Position numbers and translations under genes: made by a program
Origin: Spirochaetales bacterium
GTDB lineage: Bacteria; Spirochaetota; Spirochaetia; DSM-27196; SLAA01
DNA: 64,000 nucleotides
Direction: 5' to 3'
Assembly (NCBI GenBank): GCA_007127105.1
Contig: SLAA01000010.1
Coordinates: forward strand, 11,447-75,446
Part shown: in pieces, positions 17,701 to 25,826 of the stretch
How the letters are laid out: every line of letters starts with the position of its first letter
Numbering within the stretch: the first letter of the stretch is position 1
Notes under the pieces: model-generated
The model's database searches: none
Seen by the model: only the letters and a program-made list of their open reading frames with translations
What the model was told of the DNA's origin: nothing

Positions 17701-19068
17701 ATGACTTTGCGCGCCACGGTTCATGGTAGTACCTATGGTTTTGACTCAGTACGAGAAGTCCTTGCGAAAGCAAGTGAGGAGAAATCGGGGGATCAGTTCA
17801 CAGGCGTTGCCGCAACAAGCGCCACCGAGCGGATTGCTGCGCGATACGTGCTCAGCGAGCTCACCCTCAACGATATTCGCGAGAACCCAGTCATACCCTA
17901 CGAAAAGGACGCAGTCACTCGCATCATTGAGGACGGTCTGAACGATACTATTTTTTCCGAGATCCGCAACTGGACTGTAGGACAGCTTCGTGACTGGCTA
18001 TTGAGCCATGAGGCAACTGGCGAGCATGTCCGGCGGGTCAGCAGAGCGCTGAACGCAGAAATGGTCGCCGGAGTTGCCAAACTTATGTCCAATATGGACT
18101 TGGTTTACGGCGCGCAGAAGTTGCGCGTGGTTACCCGTGCCAACACCGAGGTCGGCATGGCTGGCACACTGTCCTTTAGAATTCAACCGAATCATCCTAC
18201 GGACGCATCGGCCGGAATCATAGCCTCACTGATGGAGGGACTCAGCTACGGAAGTGGCGACGCGATCATTGGGATTAATCCAGTAGAGGACTCCTTAGCC
18301 GGGACTACCCGGCTGATGCAGGAAAGCTACGACTTCATGACAAAGTGGGAAGTTCCTACCCAAAACTGTATTCTTTCACACATTACTACCCAAATGGACG
18401 CCGTACAGAACGGGGCTCCGGTAATGGTGCTGTTTCAAAGCATAGCCGGAACCGAGTCGACAAACGACTCCTTTGGTGTCAACGAGGCACTCCTGGACGA
18501 GGCCTACGACTTGATCCTGCACATGGGCAAGGCCGCCGGGCCGAATTTGCTTTATTTTGAGACCGGACAAGGCTCCGAGATGGCGGTTGGAGAGGACCAT
18601 GGGGTAGATGAAATGACCCTGGAGGCGCGAACCTATGGGTACGCGCGTCGCTGGCGGCCCTTTATCGTCAACAACGTTTCAGGCTTTATCGGGCCAGAAA
18701 CCCTCTACGACGGCAAACAGATTATCAGGGCATGTCTAGAGGATCACTACATGGGAAAGCTTATTGGTCTTCCTATGGGTATGGCGCCCTGCTACACCAA
18801 TCACACCAACGCCGATCAAAATGATCAAGAGACCGCAACCATGTTGCTTGCAATGGCGGGTGCTAATTACTATATGGGCATGCCAATGGGCGACGACGTG
18901 ATGCTTGCGTATCAGGACACCAGTTATCACGACGACGCAACACTTCGGGAGATGTTAGGGCTGCTCCCAGCGCCGGATTTCAACCGGTGGTGTGAAAAGA
19001 TGGGTATTCTTTGCAATGGAAAGCTAACTGAGCGAGCCGGTGACGCCTCACTCTTTCTAGGTCGCTAG
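17701..19068 (+). CDS. eutB: Ethanolamine ammonia-lyase large subunit
   Basis: Colinear with E. coli EutB along its whole length: VREVLAKA.E.KSGD, NPVIPYE.D.VTR, YFETGQGS, GLEDHYMGKL, CYTNH..ADQND, RAGD.SLF. The ATG at 17701 is preceded by GGAGG. No eutC follows. Confidence 0.9.
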   Translation: MTLRATVHGSTYGFDSVREVLAKASEEKSGDQFTGVAATSATERIAARYVLSELTLNDIRENPVIPYEKDAVTRIIEDGLNDTIFSEIRNWTVGQLRDWLLSHEATGEHVRRVSRALNAEMVAGVAKLMSNMDLVYGAQKLRVVTRANTEVGMAGTLSFRIQPNHPTDASAGIIASLMEGLSYGSGDAIIGINPVEDSLAGTTRLMQESYDFMTKWEVPTQNCILSHITTQMDAVQNGAPVMVLFQSIAGTESTNDSFGVNEALLDEAYDLILHMGKAAGPNLLYFETGQGSEMAVGEDHGVDEMTLEARTYGYARRWRPFIVNNVSGFIGPETLYDGKQIIRACLEDHYMGKLIGLPMGMAPCYTNHTNADQNDQETATMLLAMAGANYYMGMPMGDDVMLAYQDTSYHDDATLREMLGLLPAPDFNRWCEKMGILCNGKLTERAGDASLFLGR

Positions 19069-19140
19069 CTCATAGACCGTTCGCCGAACCCGGTGGCACC
19101 CCCGGTTGATTCGGGGATGCCGTCGTGTTCTATCTCGTCG

Positions 19141-20457
19141 TTACAGAATCACCGCTCCCAGAATTCCAACAATCATGAGAGGGATATTGTAGTGCAGAAA
19201 GGTGGGCACGCAGGTGTCCCAAATATGATCGTGCTGTCCGTCAACATTAAGTCCGGCGGTAGGACCTAAGGTGCTGTCGGAGGCCGGTGAACCAGCATCT
19301 CCAAGGGCGGCTGCCACGCCAATTAACAGAATGGTAGCCGGTGTGCTGAAGCCAAGGCTCATTGCCATAGGCACGTAAATCGCCGCAATAATTGGGATCG
19401 TGCCAAAAGAAGTTCCAAGTCCCATAGTAATGAACAGGCCAATGAGAATCATCACGGTCGCGCCTATCAAGCGGCTCCCGCCAAGCAATGCACTCGCCGT
19501 TTCCACCAAAGGTTGCACTGCTCCGGTTTCACGAATAACAGCGCCGTAGCCAGCGGCTACCAGCATGACAAAGGCAATGAAGCCCATCATCCCAATTCCG
19601 CTACTGATCATTTCGTCTATGTCCTGCCATTGAATAGCACGTCCGACCAGCATAATGGCTATTCCTACCAGGGCCCCAATGTGCAGTGACCCGAGAGGGC
19701 TTACCTGAATTGCCAACGCCGACAAGGCACCAACCAATGCCACCCAGTGACTGCGTGTCATTTTCTCTGGGGCTGCGGCCATGCTTTCCGTAACGGCGTC
19801 GGGAGCGAGCTGCAGTTCCTGGTACTCACGTGGTTTTCGGTACGTGAAGAAAACAGCCACAATCAATCCAACAAGCATTGCGAGCCCAGCCACCCACATG
19901 ACGTGCCAGATTTGGCCTTGCGCAACGACAAGCCCGTTTTCAGCCATTTGGTCGCTCATAATGCCGTGGAAAATCCAGCCGTAACCTATAGGCAATGCTA
20001 CATAGGGTGCCTTGAGCCCAAAGGTCAACGCCGTGGCAGCTGCCCGTCGGTCAAGCTTAAGCTTATTCATGACCGCAAGAAGTGGGGGCACAAGGATAGG
20101 AATAAAGGCTATGTGCACCGGAATGAGATTCTGCGAAAGCGAGGCGACACCAGCAATGATAAGCAGCATTACCACCGCTTTGTCCTTGACCAGCCGACCA
20201 ATGTTACGGGTCAAGACAACCGCTATTCCGGTCTTGTGTAACGACGCCGCCAATGCCCCCAACAGGATGTAACTCAGAGCTGTGCTGGAGTTACCTCCCA
20301 TCCCACCAATGAGTGTGCTCATTGTTTCGCCCAGGGGCATACCCGCAAGTACACCACCGGCAAGTGCGGCTACGATCAATGACAGCAACACATTCAACTT
20401 AAGCAAGCACAACACGACCATAATTATGACCGATAGAAAAACTGGATTTGTCAACAT
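19141..20457 (-). CDS. Multi-pass membrane permease of the Na+/H+-antiporter-like (NhaC/YuiF-type) superfamily
   Basis: 438 aa from MLTNPVFLSV; the ORF-track extension to 20613 is non-hydrophobic and unconserved. About 11-12 predicted TM segments. The family call is by general resemblance only. Confidence 0.55.
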   Translation of the reverse strand: MLTNPVFLSVIIMVVLCLLKLNVLLSLIVAALAGGVLAGMPLGETMSTLIGGMGGNSSTALSYILLGALAASLHKTGIAVVLTRNIGRLVKDKAVVMLLIIAGVASLSQNLIPVHIAFIPILVPPLLAVMNKLKLDRRAAATALTFGLKAPYVALPIGYGWIFHGIMSDQMAENGLVVAQGQIWHVMWVAGLAMLVGLIVAVFFTYRKPREYQELQLAPDAVTESMAAAPEKMTRSHWVALVGALSALAIQVSPLGSLHIGALVGIAIMLVGRAIQWQDIDEMISSGIGMMGFIAFVMLVAAGYGAVIRETGAVQPLVETASALLGGSRLIGATVMILIGLFITMGLGTSFGTIPIIAAIYVPMAMSLGFSTPATILLIGVAAALGDAGSPASDSTLGPTAGLNVDGQHDHIWDTCVPTFLHYNIPLMIVGILGAVIL

Positions 20458-20627
20458 TCGGGATTTATAGCACGATATATTCCGGTTGTACAGCTTCAAT
20501 TCATGAATCGACTTCACACAAACATCATACCGGCTCCGACAAACCGTCACAGAGTTCATCGATACTCTCCGTACGACTGATTCCCTGAACAGTGCGGATC
20601 GGTAGTACAACATAAAGGAGAATCACT

Positions 20628-21164
20628 ATGAACAAGAAGCAGTTCCAGAAACTAGCGGCAACTTTCACGCTTATCCTGGTGGCGGTTTTTGCCGCAGCAC
20701 AGACAGGGAACGATGATAAAGGCTTCGGAGCGGCCGGGGCGCTGCAAACAGAGGGGTACAGTCTTGAAGAGATGTTGCGGTATGCCGCCCAAGATGAGTT
20801 CCTTGCGAGAGCGGAGTATGCAGCCATTATCAAAGCATGGAATGTCGACCGGCCCTTCACCAATATAATCAGGTCGGAGGAACGACATATCGCTGCGCTC
20901 ACACCGCTGTTCGAACGACACGGTTTTGAGATGCCGGAAGACACGGCTGCACAGCACGTAGTTATACCGGAAAGCCTAGAGCACGCATTTGTCATTGGCG
21001 TTGAGGCCGAGATTGAGAATATAGCGATGTATGTGAGTTTTCTGGCACAAGACAATCTACCTGATGATGTACGTTGGGTTTTCGAGGCCTTAATGCGTGG
21101 TTCAGAAAACCACCTGCGGGCATTTGAGCAGGGACTCGAGCGCCAGCTTTCACGGGGTCGGTGA
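20628..21164 (+). CDS. Secreted ferritin-like DUF2202-family protein
   Basis: 178 aa. Has a signal peptide (LILVAVFAAAQ) and two ferritin-like E..H repeats (DEFLARAEY...SEERHIAAL; EAEIENIAMY...GSENHLRAF). An AGGAG RBS precedes it. Confidence 0.6.
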   Translation: MNKKQFQKLAATFTLILVAVFAAAQTGNDDKGFGAAGALQTEGYSLEEMLRYAAQDEFLARAEYAAIIKAWNVDRPFTNIIRSEERHIAALTPLFERHGFEMPEDTAAQHVVIPESLEHAFVIGVEAEIENIAMYVSFLAQDNLPDDVRWVFEALMRGSENHLRAFEQGLERQLSRGR

Positions 21165-21213
21165 ACGGTCCGGCTCATGACGAACGAACCGCTCGGGTGG
21201 TATACTTCCGGGC

Positions 21214-21720
21214 ATGGGAACAATAAGGCACTGGCCACCAATCGTTGTCTTGCTACTGGTGATGGTGCCGGTTTCCATACGTGGCATTGAGCTTCAGCCC
21301 AATGAATACGATTTAGGTCATCTGAATCTCGGGCGTCGGCTCGGCACCACTATGTATATGCCGGGCGACTACCGAAGTGATCTTCTCGGAGATGAATCTG
21401 GGGTTTGGCACGGAGGTTCTCAGGGGTTTGCTGATGATACCGTCGTGGGGTTCTACGGCGATGTCTACAAGAGTTCGCTGGACGCTCAGTCTGCGACGAG
21501 AGATCAGCTTCCTGAGTTCGAGGTTGGCCCCGGTCGACTGGGACTCGATATAGGTCTTGGGCGTTCTCAGTCGACCATTCCGCTGTCTGAAATTGTCCAA
21601 GCCAGAGATATAGTTGAACGCCTGAGCGACATGATTTCTGATGTCGCCGAGTTTGGCTTAAACACCGTTACAACTAGCATTGGATTTGTGTATAGGCTGC
21701 AAGCCCGCCCGGAACAGTGA
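21214..21720 (+). CDS. Hypothetical secreted/membrane-anchored protein
   Basis: 168-aa ORF with an N-terminal hydrophobic segment (WPPIVVLLLVMVPVSI). I recognise no motif. Confidence 0.35.
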   Translation: MGTIRHWPPIVVLLLVMVPVSIRGIELQPNEYDLGHLNLGRRLGTTMYMPGDYRSDLLGDESGVWHGGSQGFADDTVVGFYGDVYKSSLDAQSATRDQLPEFEVGPGRLGLDIGLGRSQSTIPLSEIVQARDIVERLSDMISDVAEFGLNTVTTSIGFVYRLQARPEQ

Positions 21721-21726
21721 ACAAAC

Positions 21727-21862
21727 CTGCCCAAGTGGACTCGGTTTGAGCTCCCAACTTCCTGTTGGGTGCTCAAGCCCGTCTCGTGCCCTGACGCGGC
21801 CATCCCTGGCCGCTTTTCCTCGCTTCCGCTCGGCGGGCTCTCGTTTCGAGTCCACTGGGCAC
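21727..21862. repeat. Structured inverted-repeat element of about 135 nt whose arms are copies of the tRNA-Arg 3' end
   Basis: 21728-21743 (tgcccaagtggactcg) is identical to 21916-21931 inside tRNA-Arg. 21847-21862 is its inverted copy with a 1-nt deletion. Inside are internal hairpins at 21748-21774 and 21796-21813, plus the pairing 21776-21781/21834-21839. Confidence 0.5.
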
Positions 21863-21870
21863 TAGGAATA

Positions 21871-21908
21871 AAGAAGGCCTCAGGAGCTAAAGCTCCTGAG
21901 GCCTTCTT
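21871..21908 (-). terminator. Rho-independent terminator of the tRNA Ser-Ser-Arg cluster (possibly bidirectional)
   Basis: Perfect inverted repeat aagaaggcctcaggagct / agctcctgaggccttctt, about 16-18 bp. On the minus strand it is followed by UUUAUUCC. Confidence 0.55.
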
Positions 21909-21913
21909 ACTAA

Positions 21914-21987
21914 CGTGCCCAAGTGGACTCGAACCACCGGCCTTTAGATCCGCAATCTAACGCTCTATCCAACTGAGCTATGGGCAC
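21914..21987 (-). tRNA. tRNA-Arg (anticodon GCG)
   Basis: 74 nt: GTGCCCA-TA-GCTC-AGTTGGATA-GAGC-G-TTAGA-TTGCGGA-TCTAA-AGGCC-GGTGG-TTCGAGT-CCACT-TGGGCAC-G. Anticodon loop UU-GCG-GA. Confidence 0.88.
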
Positions 21988-21997
21988 AAAACCAATA

Positions 21998-22084
21998 CGG
22001 AGAGGGAGGGATTCGAACCCTCGGTACCCTTACGAGCACAACTCCTTAGCAGGGAGCCCGATTCAACCACTCTCGCACCTCTCC
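21998..22084 (-). tRNA. tRNA-Ser (anticodon GCU)
   Basis: Hand-folded: GGAGAGG acceptor, anticodon loop CUGCUAA, long variable arm, T-loop GGTTCGAATCC. Confidence 0.88.
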
Positions 22085-22107
22085 AGTGGTCTAACTAAAC
22101 TCTGCGA

Positions 22108-22192
22108 CGGAGAGAGTGGGATTCGAACCCACGGAACCTTGCGGCTCAACGGTTTTCAAGACCGCCTCCTTCAACCACTCGGACACCTCTCC
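22108..22192 (-). tRNA. tRNA-Ser (anticodon UGA)
   Basis: Hand-folded: GGAGAGG acceptor, anticodon loop CUUGAAA, long variable arm, T-loop GGTTCGAATCC. Confidence 0.88.
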
Positions 22193-22208
22193 GTTTCAAT
22201 GAGGGTTC

Positions 22209-22237
22209 ACTATAGCCATACGGTAGCCATTTGTCAA
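22209..22237 (-). promoter_or_regulatory. Near-consensus sigma-70 promoter for the tRNA Ser(UGA)-Ser(GCU)-Arg cluster
   Basis: The minus strand reads TTGACA (22237-22232), 17-nt spacer, TATAGT (22214-22209). The first tRNA starts 16 nt downstream of the -10 element. Confidence 0.65.
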
Positions 22238-22286
22238 TGATGCCAGTAAGATTGTACCCTGTGAGAAACAAGCCCAAGGAGCGCTT

Positions 22287-23645
22287 ATGCTACAGACTGT
22301 TCTACCTGATGTCATCCGTGAAAGCATAGAGAACAAAAACTGGACTCGTCTCGCTAGTCCTGACATAGACTGGCCCGAGTTCGAAATCGTTGCTCCTGAA
22401 CTTGCAGACTACATACGTGACATAGACAAGACTGATCGGGTCTTGCTCTTTCGGGCCTTGCCACGAGATCTCAAGGTAGATATTTTCGCATTCCTTGATC
22501 CCGAAACAAGCGACAACTTGTTGTTGGAGCTGACAGATGCCGAGACCCGGCACATTCTGGCCGAGCTTGAACCAGATGACCGTACTGTACTTCTTGGTGA
22601 ACTTCCCGGCCAGGTTACTCAACGACTCTTGACGCTGCTCAGTCCTGATGACCTTAAGGAGGCCAGGCAGCTCCTTGGTTACCCGGAGGAGAGTATCGGG
22701 CGTCTCATGACGCCGGACTATGTTGCGGTTCGTCCAAGTTGGACGGTCGCCGAAGCCTTAGATCATATTCGTCGGCATGGACACGAGAGTGAGACCGTCA
22801 ACACCGTGTATGTCACGGACAGGTCCGGTAAGTTGATAGATGCCTTACCTCTACGGCGCTTCATTCTGGCCGAGCCACATGAAACGGTCGACAGCATCAT
22901 GGACCGCACCGTCGTCAGCATCTCTGCGTATGAAGACCGCGAAGAAGCGGTACGCATCATGCAACGTTACGATCGTATTGCGTTGCCGGTGGTCGACTCC
23001 GGTGGTGTGCTCTTAGGAATTGTAACTTTTGACGATGTGTTTGAGGTTGCAGAACAAGAAGCAACTGAAGACTTTCACCGCAGCGTTGCTATTGCCCCGC
23101 TCAAAGGTAGTTACTGGGAGACCAGCGCCGTTCGGTTATTTCGCAGCCGCATTGGGTGGCTTTCTATCCTGGTGTTTGTCAACCTCATCAGTTCGGGTGT
23201 CATTTCCGCATTTGAGGAGACCCTCGCAGCCTATGTAACCTTGGCGTTCTTCATTCCGCTTATCATTGACACCGGAGGTAATGCTGGCTCGCAGTCCGCA
23301 ACTCTCATGATCCGCGCAATCAGTACTGGCGACATTCACCTAAAACAATGGGGCCGAGTCTTTATGAAAGAACTGCTCATTGGTGCCGCAATCGGCCTCT
23401 CTCTTGGTGCACTTGGTGCTGTTCTTGGAGTATTCCGTGGCGGCCCGGCTATAGGACTCGTGGTATTCATGACTATGGCCACTATGCTCGTCATGACCAA
23501 CCTCATAGGTATGCTCATGCCGTTTGTGCTGACAAGAATTAAGCTCGACCCGGCTATCGCCAGCGGGCCATTGATCACCTCAATTGCCGATGCTGTGGGC
23601 CTGGTAATTTATTTTTCCTACGCACGGTGGATTCTCGGCTTGTAG
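22287..23645 (+). CDS. mgtE: Magnesium transporter MgtE
   Basis: 452 aa. Has the MgtE N-domain, tandem CBS domains, and a TM domain with IDTGGNAGSQSAT and PLITSIADAVGL. Confidence 0.9.
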   Translation: MLQTVLPDVIRESIENKNWTRLASPDIDWPEFEIVAPELADYIRDIDKTDRVLLFRALPRDLKVDIFAFLDPETSDNLLLELTDAETRHILAELEPDDRTVLLGELPGQVTQRLLTLLSPDDLKEARQLLGYPEESIGRLMTPDYVAVRPSWTVAEALDHIRRHGHESETVNTVYVTDRSGKLIDALPLRRFILAEPHETVDSIMDRTVVSISAYEDREEAVRIMQRYDRIALPVVDSGGVLLGIVTFDDVFEVAEQEATEDFHRSVAIAPLKGSYWETSAVRLFRSRIGWLSILVFVNLISSGVISAFEETLAAYVTLAFFIPLIIDTGGNAGSQSATLMIRAISTGDIHLKQWGRVFMKELLIGAAIGLSLGALGAVLGVFRGGPAIGLVVFMTMATMLVMTNLIGMLMPFVLTRIKLDPAIASGPLITSIADAVGLVIYFSYARWILGL

Positions 23646-23662
23646 CAGGAGGCTCGCGGGCT

Positions 23663-24679
23663 CTACGAGAGTCCTAAGCGCTCAGGTATCACCCACAAAA
23701 GGAACTGTGAGAACACCTCCCATACGTGAGCTCCATAGCCACCGGACTTGACCCAGGCTTGGGGAATGCCAAGTTCATACAGACGCCTGTAAACCAGGTG
23801 ATCACGTTCATCTAGTTGCCGCAGTGTCAAATTGAGCGGTGCAGTAGAGGGAAGCCCGTCCTTTTCGTAAGGGTCGGCTCCCCCAACAACTATTGCCAGG
23901 TCAGGAATACCAAAGGCCTCCATGCGTCGTAATCCCTCATCAAGACGACTCACGTAGTCCGCCTCCTCTCCGGAGGCAATAGGGATGTCTACATCACTTG
24001 GAACAAAGGAAGGGTGCAGGCTTCCATCCGGCAGATACGGATCTCGGTCCAAGGGCCAGCCGTCTGCCATATGAATGCTGAGGGTACGGATGCTGGAGTC
24101 ACCGGCACATAATGGGGCAGTTCCATCACCCTTGTGAGCGTCGATATCGACAATCCAGATGTTTTTCGCCCTGTCCTCGGCCTGCATCCGTCGAGCAGCA
24201 ATCACCAGATCATTAATAACACAGAAACCATCGCCGGTGTCGTACTTGGCGTGGTGGTATCCTCCGGTGAAGGTGTAGCAAAACCCAGAGACAAGTGCTT
24301 CGCGGCAGCATGCGCAGGTGCCAGCGACGCCGTCAATGAGTCTGTCAAACAGATTAACCAGTGGATACTTAGCCTTTGACGGATCGTAACGGTAGTAGTT
24401 GCCCTCAAAATCCAGTAGTTCAAAGGTCTTGAGAAGTTCCGCCTCAAGTTCATTTGAGTAGAGTCGCTCAACATAGTCCGGTGAGTGAACCCGCAAGAGG
24501 TCATCCTTGGCGACATCAATCGGATAGTCGCGAATGTGCCACCGATCACGCGTTGGACCAAGCCGCGGATCCTCGATCAAGGATTTAAAGGTCGCGGTCA
24601 CCGTGCTGTCGTAGATCGGAATAAGAATTCCAAAATCACTCAACGAAGGTTGGAGTTGTTCACGATAGATTAGCATCAT
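23663..24679 (-). CDS. Histone-deacetylase-family (AcuC/Aph-like) deacetylase
   Basis: 338 aa. Has GGYHHAKYDTGDGFCVINDL and DIDAHKGDGT (zinc/charge-relay motifs). Confidence 0.85.
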   Translation of the reverse strand: MMLIYREQLQPSLSDFGILIPIYDSTVTATFKSLIEDPRLGPTRDRWHIRDYPIDVAKDDLLRVHSPDYVERLYSNELEAELLKTFELLDFEGNYYRYDPSKAKYPLVNLFDRLIDGVAGTCACCREALVSGFCYTFTGGYHHAKYDTGDGFCVINDLVIAARRMQAEDRAKNIWIVDIDAHKGDGTAPLCAGDSSIRTLSIHMADGWPLDRDPYLPDGSLHPSFVPSDVDIPIASGEEADYVSRLDEGLRRMEAFGIPDLAIVVGGADPYEKDGLPSTAPLNLTLRQLDERDHLVYRRLYELGIPQAWVKSGGYGAHVWEVFSQFLLWVIPERLGLS

Positions 24680-25512
24680 TCCCTTCCAGATTGCGGATAC
24701 CCAAATCTATCCACGTATGCTTCAATTGTTTCCATATCTCCCGGTTCGAGAAGCGACCGGTAACGTTGGAGCAAAGCCGGGTCATAGCGAAGTGAGGAAT
24801 AGACTGCCCAGTGGGCCTTATTTATGCGATTCCGACCCAGGGTCTGATACCAGCTCCGACGGCCATCTGCACGTGAGAGATAGTCATCACCAATCTGTCG
24901 GTACCTTCTATAGACGGCAAGATAGGCGTCGAAAAGTCTATTGAGTTCTGCTTCACTGAAGACTCTTTGACCGTTGTCAGCCGGACGCCCTAATGGATCA
25001 TACATGCTTACGACATCGCCCACCACCATGAAGTCGGGGTCGGGAAAGGCAGCGGCATTCAGCAACCAAAGATCCGGCCACAGGTGTTCCTTCCCCCAGT
25101 AGCGAGCCGCGAGCGAGTAAAAGGTATCTCCCCACTGCACATAGTGAGTAAACAGAAGCTCGCGTGAAGCCGGGTCGCTAATGTCCTCAGGTTCACGCTC
25201 CTCGTAAACGGCCTCCGGGGCTGGAGCTGCTTCGGGCTCAGACACTGGCTCCGGCTCCGTGGTTTCAGGGATTGTGGGTGAAGGAGCAGGTTCTGCTGCG
25301 GGCTCTGGGGCTTCAATGAGTTCGGTGCGGGTAGCTAGTGGCGGCGCGGCTTTGCGGGCAAGGCCTGGATGGAAAAAAATAAGGCCCAAAGCTGCCAAAT
25401 CAAAAATCGCCATAAACAGCATGAGAAGTACAACATGCTTTCTTCCTATCCGATAGTCCTCAAACGCTCGTGCTGCATCAAGAGAAAGGCGCCCAAGGTG
25501 TTCTGTACCCAT
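24676..25512 (-). CDS. Membrane-anchored protein with a Pro/Glu-rich linker and a LysM-like motif
   Basis: 278 aa. One TM segment (VVLLMLFMAIFDLAALGLIFF), a PEPAAEPAPSP-type linker, and HYVQWGDTFYSLAARYWG (LysM-like). 4-nt overlap with the downstream deacetylase gene. Confidence 0.45.
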   Translation of the reverse strand: MGTEHLGRLSLDAARAFEDYRIGRKHVVLLMLFMAIFDLAALGLIFFHPGLARKAAPPLATRTELIEAPEPAAEPAPSPTIPETTEPEPVSEPEAAPAPEAVYEEREPEDISDPASRELLFTHYVQWGDTFYSLAARYWGKEHLWPDLWLLNAAAFPDPDFMVVGDVVSMYDPLGRPADNGQRVFSEAELNRLFDAYLAVYRRYRQIGDDYLSRADGRRSWYQTLGRNRINKAHWAVYSSLRYDPALLQRYRSLLEPGDMETIEAYVDRFGYPQSGRE

Positions 25513-25826
25513 GTTTTGACCTCTTATCTCTCATGATAGTATGATCTGAGCACCACTGCAACGACCAATGCAGCTCTCGAACAGCTCAAGGATCATGACT
25601 CATGACGATGTCGGAACTGGAAACTCTCCCGCTCTCATTCCTTCGGGCCGCATTGTGGAGACGGAAGCCTAGCGCCAGGATGACCCGGCCTCACGCTTCG
25701 GAGACCTACCCTTTGCTGCCGATGATGTCCGCCGCGTTCGGGTCCTGTGCAATGGCCCTGGAATACTCGCGCAGGTATAAGTAAAGCGACCGAGCTAAAC
25801 TGGCGATTCTATGCCCAGCGTGACGC

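Noticed and set aside
20525-21241. 238-aa minus-strand ORF.
   Set aside because: It is antisense to the DUF2202 gene, which has a signal peptide, an RBS and ferritin-like repeats. The antisense product is Ser/Ala/Arg-rich and featureless.
22193-22286. M-box (Mg2+) riboswitch upstream of mgtE.
   Set aside because: The spacer is only 94 nt and is largely occupied by the divergent tRNA promoter. That is too short for the ~170-nt M-box, and no conserved elements are present.
25513-25826. c-di-AMP (ydaO-type) riboswitch upstream of the LysM-like gene.
   Set aside because: There is a partial ACCCGAAC match only. The hallmark CAGCUAACC and GGGGUGAAUC elements are absent.
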